Part shown: positions 1 to 8,579 of the stretch, piece by piece
How the letters are laid out: every line of letters starts with the position of its first letter
Position numbering within the stretch: the first letter of the stretch is position 1
Origin: Pseudomonadota bacterium
GTDB taxonomy: Bacteria > Pseudomonadota > Gammaproteobacteria > Burkholderiales > JALYOK01
Length of the DNA: 39,954 nucleotides
NCBI GenBank assembly: GCA_031380185.1
Contig: JANNFT010000418.1
Location: 1-39,954, forward strand
Reading direction: 5' to 3'
The notes under the pieces: model-generated
Seen by the model: only the letters and a program-made list of their open reading frames with translations
Told to the model about the DNA's origin: nothing
Database searches by the model: none
Made by a program: the position numbers and the translations under genes

Positions 1-83
1 GCAATTACGGGTCGGAAAACATGACGTGAGATAGCGACGTAACGGCTTCGTTCACAGGTTTAATCATTTTAAGGAGAAGATTC

Positions 84-356
84 ATGATCAACATAATTAT
101 ATGGCTCGTGGTCGGTGGAATTCTTGGCTGGCTCGCAAGCATAGTTATGAAAACGGATGCGCAACAGGGCATTATCTTAAATGTTGTCGTTGGTATTGTC
201 GGCGCAGTGCTGGGCGGATGGCTTCTGGCGCCTTTGTTTGGTACGGGCACCATCAACCAAGACAACTTAAGCCTAGCGTCACTCGCGGTCTCATTTCTTG
301 GCGCCGTTATATTGTTGGCGATTGTAAATATGTTTCGTAGAGGCACAGCGCGCTGA
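84..356 (+). CDS. GlsB/YeaQ/YmgE family transglycosylase-associated stress membrane protein
   Basis: 90 aa, Gly-rich with 3 TM segments (IIIWLVVGGILGWLAS..., VVVGIVGAVLGGWLL). AAGGAG RBS lies 8 nt upstream of the ATG. Confidence 0.9.
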   Translation: MINIIIWLVVGGILGWLASIVMKTDAQQGIILNVVVGIVGAVLGGWLLAPLFGTGTINQDNLSLASLAVSFLGAVILLAIVNMFRRGTAR

Positions 357-530
357 TATCGGATGTCACGCGCTACTCGCCACTAGCACCACGTCCCCTA
401 ATTACGCTACAGAGTGGAAGCGCCAATTCATCTCGTTCCCTCGTCCGTCGCTCGCCGAGGGACGGGGGAAGTGGGGATAGAAGGAGTCTGGCGGACTTAA
501 AGGCCATCGGCGGCAAAAAGCGTTGAACGT

Positions 531-2459
531 TCATGGCCCGAGGCCACCCTGTATTTCACCGCTTTCTTGGACAATAGAACCACTATCGCCGGGCGAAATC
601 GTCAAAATCTGTCCTCGGTCAGGATCTTTTTCGCTACGATTCTGCAAGTCCGGCGGGCTCCCCGGCAATAACAATCGAACTGCATCGATCTGATGGCAGG
701 TCTCTTCCAGCGTTGTTGCTACATCGGTCCCGCCCGAAGCCAATAGTTGCGCTCGCATTTTCTTTGCATCGCCGACGTACCCCCACCGGCCAACCAGAAT
801 TTTCAGCTCGGGGAAGCGCGCGCGCAACCGCATGCAGAGCAAACGTGCCTGGGTACCGCCGCCCGGAGGCAACGACGCAATGCAAACCAGCGCTGGCTGA
901 TGCTCGACGGTGCGTGCGATTGCGTCCGACGCTAAGAGCCCTGGATCCATTATTGAAAGGTCCAACCGTGCATTGTCGATACACTCTCGCAACATTGTCA
1001 GGGCGAAGTGATCAGACGCGTCGCGAGCGGGAATACCTAAAACCCGGATCGGGCTATCGACCGGCGGCGCGGAGTCTGAAGAGGGCTGCGCGCCGCCTTT
1101 CGCCTGATTTTCGGACAGAGTGGCAAGATGTTCCGCGACTCCGCGCGCGGCGTCCACCACTGCGCGCTGCTCGTCGTCGCTCAATGCATTGCGTTCCACA
1201 TCACGCCTGCCGTTAGTCAGAGCGGGAATCAATAACGTATCATAGGTCGCCACCAAGGACGCGTTCTCGAGATGAATTTCGGCGACTTCAGATGCTTCGT
1301 CGTGGTCACGCGCAAGGAGGCGCTGATAAAAAACTATTTGCGGTTCAAGTGCCGGCTGATCGCCCAGCAGGGTGTCGAGCACGCTGAGTGATGGGACGTA
1401 CTTGCCTAAGACCAATATACACACGGTCAATGGCGTCGCCAGCACCAGACCAATCGGGCCCCACAGCCAGGTCCAAAACGCAATCATTATCAAGGTTGCC
1501 GTCTCGGAAACGCCAATGCCGCGGCCGTATAGCCACGGCTCGATCAGCATGTTGCTAACGAGTTCGAGTGTTGCAAACAAACCCAGCACCAGCAAAGGCG
1601 TGCTCCAGCCTTCGGAGACGATTAAACTCAAGCCAAGCGGTAGCATGGCGGCGAGCCAGGCGCCGAGGTACGGGATATAGCGCAACACGGTGGCCAGAAA
1701 ACCCCATAGCAAAGCGTACGGAATGCCGATGGCGAATAGGCCGGCGGCAACGGCGAGTCCGTAGGTTCCATTGACAATCAACTGCATTAATAAATATCGG
1801 CTGATGCGATCGCCGGCCTCATCTAACGCCTTCGTTGTCAGCGTGAGGCGGCCGCTTCCCACGATGCTGATTAGACGATCGCGCAAATCTTCGCGCCGCA
1901 GCAGCATGAAAATGACGAGGACGATTGATAGTCCTATCATGGCGATGGGTTCCAACACCGGACTTAACGCGGACCACAAGGCGGGGTACTCAAACGGATT
2001 GCCGTCTTCGACGATTTTTACAGGAAGCGGTGCTTTGCCACGCTGCCCCGTCGGGTCGCGTAACTCCGCCTGTCTGTCAATCTGGCGAGAAATGCGACTT
2101 ACAATGCGCTGCACTTTATCGACGAAACCGCCTTTATCCGGTTGAAAAGCGGCAAGCTTGGAATTGAAGTTTTTTTCATACTGCGGAAAGGTGTCCACCA
2201 CACTCGTCACTTGCCGACTGAGCAACCATCCGAGGGCGACAATTAACGAAAACGCGATGGCGACCACAATCATAACAGCCAATGCGCGCGGAAATCTTAA
2301 GCCCTGGAGCAGTGACACTAGGGGACTTAACAGAAAGGTCAGCAATATCGCAAGCGCAATGGGGACCAGCACGGCTTTCAGCCAGAACAACAAGGCGAGC
2401 ACCACCGCACTGCTGATCAGGATGGCGAAGCCCCGACTTACGTTGGATGTCACTGGCAT
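531..2459 (-). CDS. AI-2E (PerM/YhhT) family transporter with ~250-aa cytoplasmic C-terminal extension
   Basis: 642 aa. The N-terminal ~370 aa is multi-TM with the typical AI-2E pattern. The C-terminal alpha/beta region (RVLGIPARD...LVCIASLPPGG...KILVGRWG) looks like a flavodoxin/B12-binding-like fold. Confidence 0.85.
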   Translation of the reverse strand: MPVTSNVSRGFAILISSAVVLALLFWLKAVLVPIALAILLTFLLSPLVSLLQGLRFPRALAVMIVVAIAFSLIVALGWLLSRQVTSVVDTFPQYEKNFNSKLAAFQPDKGGFVDKVQRIVSRISRQIDRQAELRDPTGQRGKAPLPVKIVEDGNPFEYPALWSALSPVLEPIAMIGLSIVLVIFMLLRREDLRDRLISIVGSGRLTLTTKALDEAGDRISRYLLMQLIVNGTYGLAVAAGLFAIGIPYALLWGFLATVLRYIPYLGAWLAAMLPLGLSLIVSEGWSTPLLVLGLFATLELVSNMLIEPWLYGRGIGVSETATLIMIAFWTWLWGPIGLVLATPLTVCILVLGKYVPSLSVLDTLLGDQPALEPQIVFYQRLLARDHDEASEVAEIHLENASLVATYDTLLIPALTNGRRDVERNALSDDEQRAVVDAARGVAEHLATLSENQAKGGAQPSSDSAPPVDSPIRVLGIPARDASDHFALTMLRECIDNARLDLSIMDPGLLASDAIARTVEHQPALVCIASLPPGGGTQARLLCMRLRARFPELKILVGRWGYVGDAKKMRAQLLASGGTDVATTLEETCHQIDAVRLLLPGSPPDLQNRSEKDPDRGQILTISPGDSGSIVQESGEIQGGLGP

Positions 2460-2696
2460 GCTCTCGATACAATTCGACGCAATGCGGCTGTGATTGTAGT
2501 ACAGCGGAGCCGCTCAATCGTATTCAGATGCTCGTGCGTTTTTACGACGGGGGTTGGGGCGACTTGCTGAAATACACGAAACAGTTTTTGCCGAGCCTTG
2601 GTAAGTTCAACACTTTGTATCGCTAACGTCCGTGTCGTCCTCGAGTTGCGTCCCGCATGAATCAACGGGCGCTCCGGGCGGCCGGCATCGATTCCA

Positions 2697-2897
2697 TCAA
2701 TTGGCTTTTCGTTTTGTGGCGGAACGCTTACGTGCCGAGCCGGCTTGCGTGCCTGAAACTGACAATTTATTCACCGTAGCCCACGCGCGGGCATCTGCTT
2801 CTTCGTCGCTCACGCCGCGTTCCCCGTAACCGTCCTTGATGTGGGTCGCTTGGCGCTTTTGCTTGTCGCTATAAGTTTTGTCATCGCTTCTTGGCAT
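2697..2897 (-). CDS. small hydrophilic protein (family often annotated 'plasmid stabilization protein')
   Basis: 66 aa from the internal ATG at 2897, with GGAG 8 nt upstream. Motif: DKQKRQATHIKDGYGERGVSDEEADARAWATVNK. Confidence 0.6.
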   Translation of the reverse strand: MPRSDDKTYSDKQKRQATHIKDGYGERGVSDEEADARAWATVNKLSVSGTQAGSARKRSATKRKAN

Positions 2898-3153
2898 CTT
2901 GAAATCTCCAAACGTAGAATGGGAAAACTGGAACACGCGGCGAATCGGAAAATTTACGCCGATTTCACCGTGAGGTTTTAAGTCTGAATCGACTAATGCT
3001 AACTATGTGTCAAGGCACGGCGAACAAAATCCCAGCGAAGTTCGAGTCGGCATTGTATTCGAAGCAACGTCGGCGCGCCCTTTCAAAGTCTTTCGAGACA
3101 ACGCTGGGAAAAATTTTATTGCGTGCACGTTAGCCTGGGAAAGTTTGCCGCGC

Positions 3154-3627
3154 TTAGCGGTTTAACGACCAAATTGTAGCGTTCAACAATAGTGCGAAGG
3201 TTACCCATAACAAGTATGGAACCAACAATAATCCCGCGGCAGGTTTTATGCGGTAGAAAACAATTATATTAAGCAAAATCACAAGACATTGGGCGACAAT
3301 ATTGATGAGCGCTAATGCAGGACTGTGAAGGCCGAAAAACAAAGGTGTCCATAACGCGTTCAGAATCAATTGGGCAGAGTAAATCAAAAACGCACGTTGC
3401 CGTGCACGACCGATGCTGGAACTCCATGCAAGGTAGCCCGCATACCCGATGAGCATGTAGAGAGTAATCCAGATCGGACCGAATAACCAGCGTGGTGGCT
3501 CCCACGCTGGTTTATTCAACATTTCATACCACGTGTCAGGCGGGAACGCGGCGCCGATCAGAGTCGGAGCAAAGGCAAGTCCAAAAAAAATGAACAGTGT
3601 CGCGACGGCGTCGCGGGGCGCGTCCAT
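3154..3627 (-). CDS. tspO: TspO/MBR family tryptophan-rich sensory protein
   Basis: Motifs PDTWYEMLNKPAWEPPRWLFGPIWITLY and 5 TM segments. The start is uncertain: the ORF opens at 3672, and I chose the ATG at 3627 because it avoids overlap with the upstream small ORF. Confidence 0.85.
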   Translation of the reverse strand: MDAPRDAVATLFIFFGLAFAPTLIGAAFPPDTWYEMLNKPAWEPPRWLFGPIWITLYMLIGYAGYLAWSSSIGRARQRAFLIYSAQLILNALWTPLFFGLHSPALALINIVAQCLVILLNIIVFYRIKPAAGLLLVPYLLWVTFALLLNATIWSLNR

Positions 3628-3640
3628 CCCCTGCCTATTT

Positions 3641-3844
3641 CTAGTGTTTGCCGTCATGCTGGTTGCGATCATTTCCGGAAAAATCCTTGCACCGTCGGGT
3701 TAGAGCGTCGTAGTCGCCGTCGGCTCGTGCGTTGGACGCGTTGAACTCCGCTTTCGTTTGATCGGTTTTCTTTGTTGCCGTCACATTAATATCTGCGTCG
3801 GAGATTGTCACGGCCGCCGATAAAGCGATTGGTAAACGACTCAT
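3641..3844 (-). CDS. hypothetical small protein, possibly exported
   Basis: 67-aa ORF with AGGA 8 nt upstream of the ATG. The segment KAEFNASNARADGDYDALTRRCKDFSGN resembles small periplasmic A.ADY..AK.KC-type proteins. Ends 13 nt before the chosen tspO start. Confidence 0.35.
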   Translation of the reverse strand: MSRLPIALSAAVTISDADINVTATKKTDQTKAEFNASNARADGDYDALTRRCKDFSGNDRNQHDGKH

Positions 3845-4037
3845 AATTAATTCCTAATTGGCAACAGTTATTAGTGCAGCAAGGAGCGTGCCAGGATACA
3901 GCAAGCGCGGGTTCTCAGAGCCGGCCGGACGCGAGATTATGATAAATAAAGGAGGGGTTCCAATTTTCGGCGGCGCGACCGACAGCCTGTCCCAATGTAA
4001 AACTTACTAGCCAATCGGGAATATTTACCAAGGCGCG

Positions 4038-4142
4038 TTAATGTTCATCGCCGCAGAATAGACGTTTAGCCCTTGCGTGACCGAGCAGGCACTCGGGCAT
4101 TAAAATTGCTTGGTAGTTAGCATCGAACTTATTTTTTTGCAT
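4038..4142 (-). CDS. hypothetical 34-aa ORF with very strong SD
   Basis: MQKNKFDANYQAILMPECLLGHARAKRLFCGDEH, with AAAGGAGGAGGAAG ending 8 nt upstream of the ATG. No family recognised. Confidence 0.3.
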   Translation of the reverse strand: MQKNKFDANYQAILMPECLLGHARAKRLFCGDEH

Positions 4143-4226
4143 CAAAAGACTTCCTCCTCCTTTACCTAATTTCTCCCTCAGTGGTAAAGGATTTGCCCCC
4201 CGATCCAGCCTCGGGGGTCTTTTTTT
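4141..4226 (+). ncRNA. candidate ~85-nt sRNA (CU-rich 5' region, stem-loop, intrinsic terminator), cis-antisense to the 5' UTR of the 34-aa ORF
   Basis: Possible promoter TTGCTT(4106-4111)-N17-TTATTT(4129-4134). CUUCCUCCUCC lies at 4150-4160. An 8-bp stem joins 4159-4166 to 4183-4190, with a CUCCCUC-containing loop. The terminator is at 4196-4226. No plus-strand gene lies upstream that this terminator could serve. Confidence 0.3.
4196..4226 (+). terminator. Rho-independent terminator
   Basis: 7-bp GC stem CCCCCGA/TCGGGGG with a 7-nt loop, followed by TCTTTTTTT. Confidence 0.65.
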
Positions 4227-4724
4227 GCCAGCGTGGCTGTACGAGCCAATGTGAAGTACGTGCTGCGCGCAACACTAAACTTCTTTATGGCATGCGCCTT
4301 GCTCAATAATTTACGGAACGCTGTCCGCGGATCCGTTTAATTTTCAATAGATAGGAGTTATCGTCATGAGGAATTTGCTCGTAGTACTACACATCAATAA
4401 AACGGTGCAGTATCTGCCGTCTGTTGCTGCCGCCGCAATGCAGCCGACTACGACACGGAATCCGGCTGCGGGTAACAAACGCGGTAAACCTGCGAATTGA
4501 CAAGAGCCGGCTATGCGTATTCGATCCAACACCGTAAAACTACTCGCACAGGGATCAGTCGAACAACCTGTCGCTAAAGGTAAGCAGAAATCGTCAAGTA
4601 ACCCGGTCGCTGAAGCACTTCGAGACCGGTCACTTCATCGAAGGAAACTTGAGAATCTACTTAATGGCGTTGGCATCGAACGACTGTATCGCCGGTTGTC
4701 TGACAAACCCCACTAAAGGAAAAA

Positions 4725-5156
4725 ATGATGGACACACATGACACGACACGGCAAGACAAAACGCAACGGATCGTCGGAAAAAATATTTACGACGATCATG
4801 TCGGTCCGGGCCCGGAAATTATGAGCGCTGCGACGCTCACCGGCAACGATGTAGTTAATGTAGCGGGCGAGGCTCTCGGTGAGATCGATGCCATTATGTT
4901 GGACGTTCCGAAGGGCCGCATTGCGTATGCCGTGCTGTCGTTTGGCGGATTTCTTGGCATGGGCGAGAAGTTATTCGCCATTCCTTGGCATGCACTCAAA
5001 CTCGACATCGAAAACAAATGTTTTATTCTTGACGCCAGCGTGGAACACTTGCAAAACGCACCGGGGTTCGACAAGGGACAATGGCCTTCGATGGCTGACC
5101 AAAAGTGGGCGCGCGAAATTCATTCCTACTACTCGTCACCGCCCTACTGGGAATAG
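4725..5156 (+). CDS. PRC-barrel domain protein
   Basis: GNDVVNVAGEALGEIDAIMLDVPKGRIAYAVLSFGGFLGMGEKLFAIPW is a typical PRC-barrel signature. AAAGGA RBS. Confidence 0.85.
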   Translation: MMDTHDTTRQDKTQRIVGKNIYDDHVGPGPEIMSAATLTGNDVVNVAGEALGEIDAIMLDVPKGRIAYAVLSFGGFLGMGEKLFAIPWHALKLDIENKCFILDASVEHLQNAPGFDKGQWPSMADQKWAREIHSYYSSPPYWE

Positions 5157-5177
5157 ATCGGGCGGTGGACGTTTGCC

Positions 5178-5208
5178 GAGGGGCCAGCGCAAGTTGTCCC
5201 CTTTTTTA
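5178..5208 (+). terminator. putative intrinsic terminator after the PRC-barrel gene
   Basis: Short GAGGGG...CCCCT stem followed by TTTTTT. The stem is only about 5 bp. Confidence 0.4.
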
Positions 5209-5554
5209 TACGAGGGTGGCGCCGGATGAATCCCGATGATTTGAATATGTGCAGAGTTAAGCGCCCGACTGATGAATGAATTGCATTCCATCGCGAATAG
5301 CGCCAAGCATGGAAAAATTAGCGCTATTGTTGTAAGTTGTGCCGGCCGCAATACAATCCGCACCCGCGCCGTAATGCGGGCGACCTCTACAAATCTATAT
5401 CGTTCTGCCAGGCGCTAACACGGTAGAAAAGTCGGCGCGGCTTTCGCCGGCGCCGGCCATTATTCCTCTCCCACTTATTTGGCATAGTACTTGCTCCTCA
5501 ATCTGACAGGACCCAACCGGGCCTGATTATCCATACTCTCAAGGAGATTTAACC

Positions 5555-5887
5555 ATGAAGTTGAAAACACTTCCTTTAGTTCTTTCCGCTGCTCTGTTAT
5601 GCGGTAGCAGCCTTTTTGTAACTGCGGCCGATGATGTAAAAAAGCCAACGGCCGATCAAGGCACATCGATGCCGCAACCGGAACAAGGCACGCAAGCCAA
5701 TCTGCCCGCCAAGGATGCGTCAACGCAAATGAAATCGCTTGATGCGGATGGCGATGGCGTTATTAGTAAGGCAGAAGCGACAAAGATGAAAGGTATGACG
5801 GAAGGATTTGACACGGCCGACGCAAATAAGGATGGCAAGTTGGATGCCAATGAATTCAGCACCGCGTTGTCGCAAATCAAGAAATAA
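5555..5887 (+). CDS. secreted EF-hand calcium-binding protein
   Basis: Signal peptide MKLKTLPLVLSAALLCGSSLFVTA, plus two EF loops (DADGDGVISKAE and DANKDGKLDANE). AAGGAG RBS. Confidence 0.85.
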   Translation: MKLKTLPLVLSAALLCGSSLFVTAADDVKKPTADQGTSMPQPEQGTQANLPAKDASTQMKSLDADGDGVISKAEATKMKGMTEGFDTADANKDGKLDANEFSTALSQIKK

Positions 5888-6040
5888 TTTTTGACTTAAA
5901 TGGAAGTGTCGCTGGCGTTAAAAGCTGTTAGCCAAATCGCTATAAGGTGCTCCTTGGCGCAACGACACTTTCAATGTTCTTCGATCGTCGTTCAACGCGG
6001 CAAACTTTGTGGGACAGCAAAACTATTTAAGGAGTGATAT

Positions 6041-6217
6041 ATGAACAAGGATCAAGTTAAGGGTCGAACGAAACAGGTAACTGGCAAGATCAAAGAGGTG
6101 GCGGGAAAGGTCACCGGTAACGTCAAGACGGAAGCCAAAGGTATGGGAGAAAAAGTCGCGGGTAAGGCTCAGGCCGCCTATGGTGACGCCAAACAACAGA
6201 TTAGAAATGGCCGATAA
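6041..6217 (+). CDS. CsbD family stress protein
   Basis: 58 aa, below the ORF-track cutoff: MNKDQVKGRTKQVTGKIKEVAGKVTGNVKTEAKGMGEKVAGKAQAAYGDAKQQIRNGR. AAGGAG RBS. Confidence 0.85.
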   Translation: MNKDQVKGRTKQVTGKIKEVAGKVTGNVKTEAKGMGEKVAGKAQAAYGDAKQQIRNGR

Positions 6218-6248
6218 CCGCTTATGGGTATTCTAGGGCTCTATCGGG

Positions 6249-6490
6249 CTTAAAGGGAATCGGCAGCAAAAGGCGCTGAGCAGTTCATGGCCCTAGTCCA
6301 CCATTCCGCCGCTTTCTTGGGCAATCGGCGTTCTCTTGCCCGGCGAAATGGTCAAACTTGGCCCTCGCTCAGCACCTTTTGCGATTCTTTAAAAGTTCGA
6401 CCGGTTCCTAGACCGCGGATCGTACGCCGCGCGATTCAATGGGCTCGCGCTGGTTTCAAAATCGAACGCTGGCAAAATATAGGCACATGA
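6249..6490 (-). pseudogene. remnant of the 3' end (plus downstream flank) of an AI-2E-family paralog
   Basis: 6249-6388 aligns by eye at roughly 70% with 496-643, the C-terminal codons and 3' flank of the 531..2459 gene. It translates as ...ERGPSLTISPGKRTPIAQESGGMVD* versus ...DRGQILTISPGDSGSIVQESGEIQGGLGP*. An in-frame TAA lies upstream and there is no start codon. Confidence 0.5.
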
Positions 6491-6565
6491 GAAGGTGGAC
6501 ATCAGCGAGGAATTGTTTTCGAGTTATGTCGCGGCATTTCGACAATTTATTTTTGGAGAAATAGT

Positions 6566-6643
6566 ATGGGTAAATATTTCATTGGGTGGCTCTTGGGCGT
6601 TCCGGCAATCGTACTCGTGGTGATCTACTTGTTAATGAACTAA
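6566..6643 (+). CDS. hypothetical 25-aa single-TM peptide
   Basis: MGKYFIGWLLGVPAIVLVVIYLLMN, with GGAGAA 5 nt upstream of the ATG. Confidence 0.35.
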   Translation: MGKYFIGWLLGVPAIVLVVIYLLMN

Positions 6644-6674
6644 GCAGATCACGGAGTGGTCCTTGCGAGTTAAG

Positions 6675-7130
6675 CTAGCGCTTGTTAACGCATAATCGGA
6701 TGCCGTTCGACAATGCCGCACAGCTGAATCCAGGCGCCAGGAAAATTTTAATATTGGCCGTCGACCGCGCCGGGGTCTCGATGGGAATTTTAATGATGCT
6801 AGAACGATACATCGCTGCATCCGCTGCTTTAAGTAACACTTGATAGGTCGTGCCGTCTCTGGGGTACAGGGCGGCGCCGACCCTCACTTTTGGGCTGATT
6901 ATTTTCTTGTAGATCGCATAAGGAAGGTCCGGGTTCGCCTTGATTTTCCGCGCGACCGCCGCCGCAGTGTCGCCTTCGACAAACTCGGGCAAGATGACAA
7001 CGAATTCGTCTCCGCCATAACGCTACGGGGTGTCAGAACTCTACGAGTATTCGATTGAATTCCGTGACATCGTCAACGGCCCGCTGTAAGCGCGCTAGGG
7101 TAGTTCTTGTGATCGTTGGGATCATCCGCG
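6675..7130 (-). pseudogene. decayed GGDEF-domain (diguanylate cyclase) gene
   Basis: The minus strand reads RYGGDEFVVILPE...VRVGAALYPRDG...LLKAADAAMYR. A TAG lies immediately before RYGGDEF. The upstream D.D.FK/GH..GD segment is missing and the frame is broken, and the C-terminus has decayed. Confidence 0.6.
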
Positions 7131-7579
7131 CGATCCGCGATCGAGCGCGAGGCTTCACTTACATGCGATGGCGGCGGATCGCGAAATTAAAACGGGGTTC
7201 CGCGATTAGCACGCCATGCACAACCGTGACTGGGTTAAATTTAACTCAATAACTAAATGAAAAAATTACGAAAGCCTGACCCTTGGATCAGTAATTGCTA
7301 CAAATACCCGGCAACTTTTACACTAAAATCTACGACGACGCAGGACGCCATCAACGAAGCACCGTGTGTTTTGATTCGATCCGGGGCGGGGACGTTACTC
7401 TTGGAGAAAACCGCGAACATCATCCATGCGCAGACGCATTTCGGTCTTGGCAAGGTTCTTGCGTTAGTGCTTTTGCGACCCTCGTGAAGGTCGAATCACG
7501 TTGCACATGATTTCATCATCTTTACGTAATTTACGCAAAGACCTGATGTATGTTTAATTAATCGTTAAGGAGATTGGAA

Positions 7580-7915
7580 ATGACGATCAGAAATTTAAGG
7601 CACGTTCTTGGATTGGTATTTGTTAGCGCAATGCTCAGCATCGCGGCAGTTGGTTGCACACCAACAGCAACGACTAGATCGGTCGGCACTACGGTAGACG
7701 ACGCATCGATAACCGCTAAAGTTAAAACAGAAATTGCCAAGGAACAAGGGCTGGGCGAAGCGCTCGCTATTAATGTCGACACCTATCGCAGCGTTGTTTC
7801 CCTAAGTGGCTTTGTCGACTCGCAAGAGCAGGTGGCAAAAGCAGGCAATTGTGCCCGTCGAGTAGAGGGCGTGGCGGAAGTGAAGAACAATCTTTCGGTC
7901 AAACCCAAGTCTTAA
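7580..7915 (+). CDS. BON-domain lipoprotein (OsmY-like)
   Basis: Lipobox AAVGC. BON motif DDASITAKVKTEIAKE...INVDTYRSVVSLSGFVDSQEQ...VEGVAEVKNNL. AAGGAG lies 7 nt upstream of the ATG at 7580. Confidence 0.85.
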   Translation: MTIRNLRHVLGLVFVSAMLSIAAVGCTPTATTRSVGTTVDDASITAKVKTEIAKEQGLGEALAINVDTYRSVVSLSGFVDSQEQVAKAGNCARRVEGVAEVKNNLSVKPKS

Positions 7916-8261
7916 AATGTCCTGGTCGGGGTGATGCAACGCCGGTTACGATTGCAGCTCGTCGTAACCGCCCTTCCCATCTGTCGCGACGTTTCCCAAT
8001 CGATTGCGGTTTGTAACTGCGATAGTTTGATAGACGGCGGGTGGAATTCCTGCTCCTCCTTTACATCAGCGAAAAAGATTTCAGTGTCGGTTCTAACGGC
8101 GCTTTGTTTTAGTGTTTCGCTTGAATGCGATGAAAATCCGCGGCGGCTATCATTTCCAAAAGTTGGCACTAGTTTTGCGTTGTCTCAGGATAGCGGTGGT
8201 GGTTGAATTGATGCGTCGAACATCGCCATTTTGACCGAATCGAAAATCTAAGGAGTCAGTG

Positions 8262-8579
8262 ATGAAAAAGCAATCGGACATGCAGGGTGAAGGTAACCGC
8301 GAAGCGGCGAAGAATTTTAACCAGGCACAACAAAAGTTTGTGCAATCCGGCCGGGTTGCCGATGCTTCCAGAAACACTGCGCCGAAGTCGCGCGAAGAAG
8401 CTAATGAATTGGAGCGTGCCGAAATTCTCGCGCGCAGTCGCGCAAAGGAAGATCCCGCGGTGCATCGCGATGGGAAAAAAGTGGGCGGCACAGAAAGAAC
8501 GGCGAATCTATCAAGAGTCGCAGCGGGAGCGACAAGTAAAGGCGTGCGTCACGGTTTGAGTTTGAATGGCCTGCGCTAA
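8262..8579 (+). CDS. small hydrophilic hypothetical protein (stress-protein-like)
   Basis: AGGAG lies 6 nt upstream of the ATG. MQGEGNREAAKNFNQAQQKFVQSGRV...SREEANELERAE resembles conserved small proteins of beta- and gammaproteobacteria. Confidence 0.5.
   Translation: MKKQSDMQGEGNREAAKNFNQAQQKFVQSGRVADASRNTAPKSREEANELERAEILARSRAKEDPAVHRDGKKVGGTERTANLSRVAAGATSKGVRHGLSLNGLR

Noticed and set aside
5-346. 113-aa minus-strand ORF at the window start.
   Set aside because: It is antisense to the clearly recognisable GlsB/YmgE gene, and its translation shows no family features.
4366-4716. Two small plus-strand ORFs upstream of the PRC-barrel gene: 44 aa at 4366-4500 (AGGAG 8 nt upstream) and 67 aa at 4513-4716.
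   Set aside because: Neither has recognisable motifs, both have odd composition, and the second lacks an RBS. I keep them as unsupported. They could be leader or 5' UTR sequence of the PRC-barrel gene.
7912-8169. 85-aa minus-strand ORF and an AAAGGAGGAG motif (minus strand, about 8053-8063) sharing TCCTCCTTTAC with the 4150 region. I considered it as a second copy of the sRNA/small-ORF module.
   Set aside because: The similarity is limited to 11 nt. There is no start codon at a suitable distance from the SD-like motif, and no matching stem-loop or terminator.
1-8300. Shared EcfG-type (GGAAC-N16-17-CGTT) or other common promoter upstream of the stress genes.
   Set aside because: I found only loose look-alikes: GGAAAAC-N17-CGTAA before glsB and GGAAAC-N19-CGTT before the PRC-barrel gene. 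Nothing comparable precedes the EF-hand, csbD, BON or 8262 genes, so there is not enough consistency to call a regulon motif by eye.
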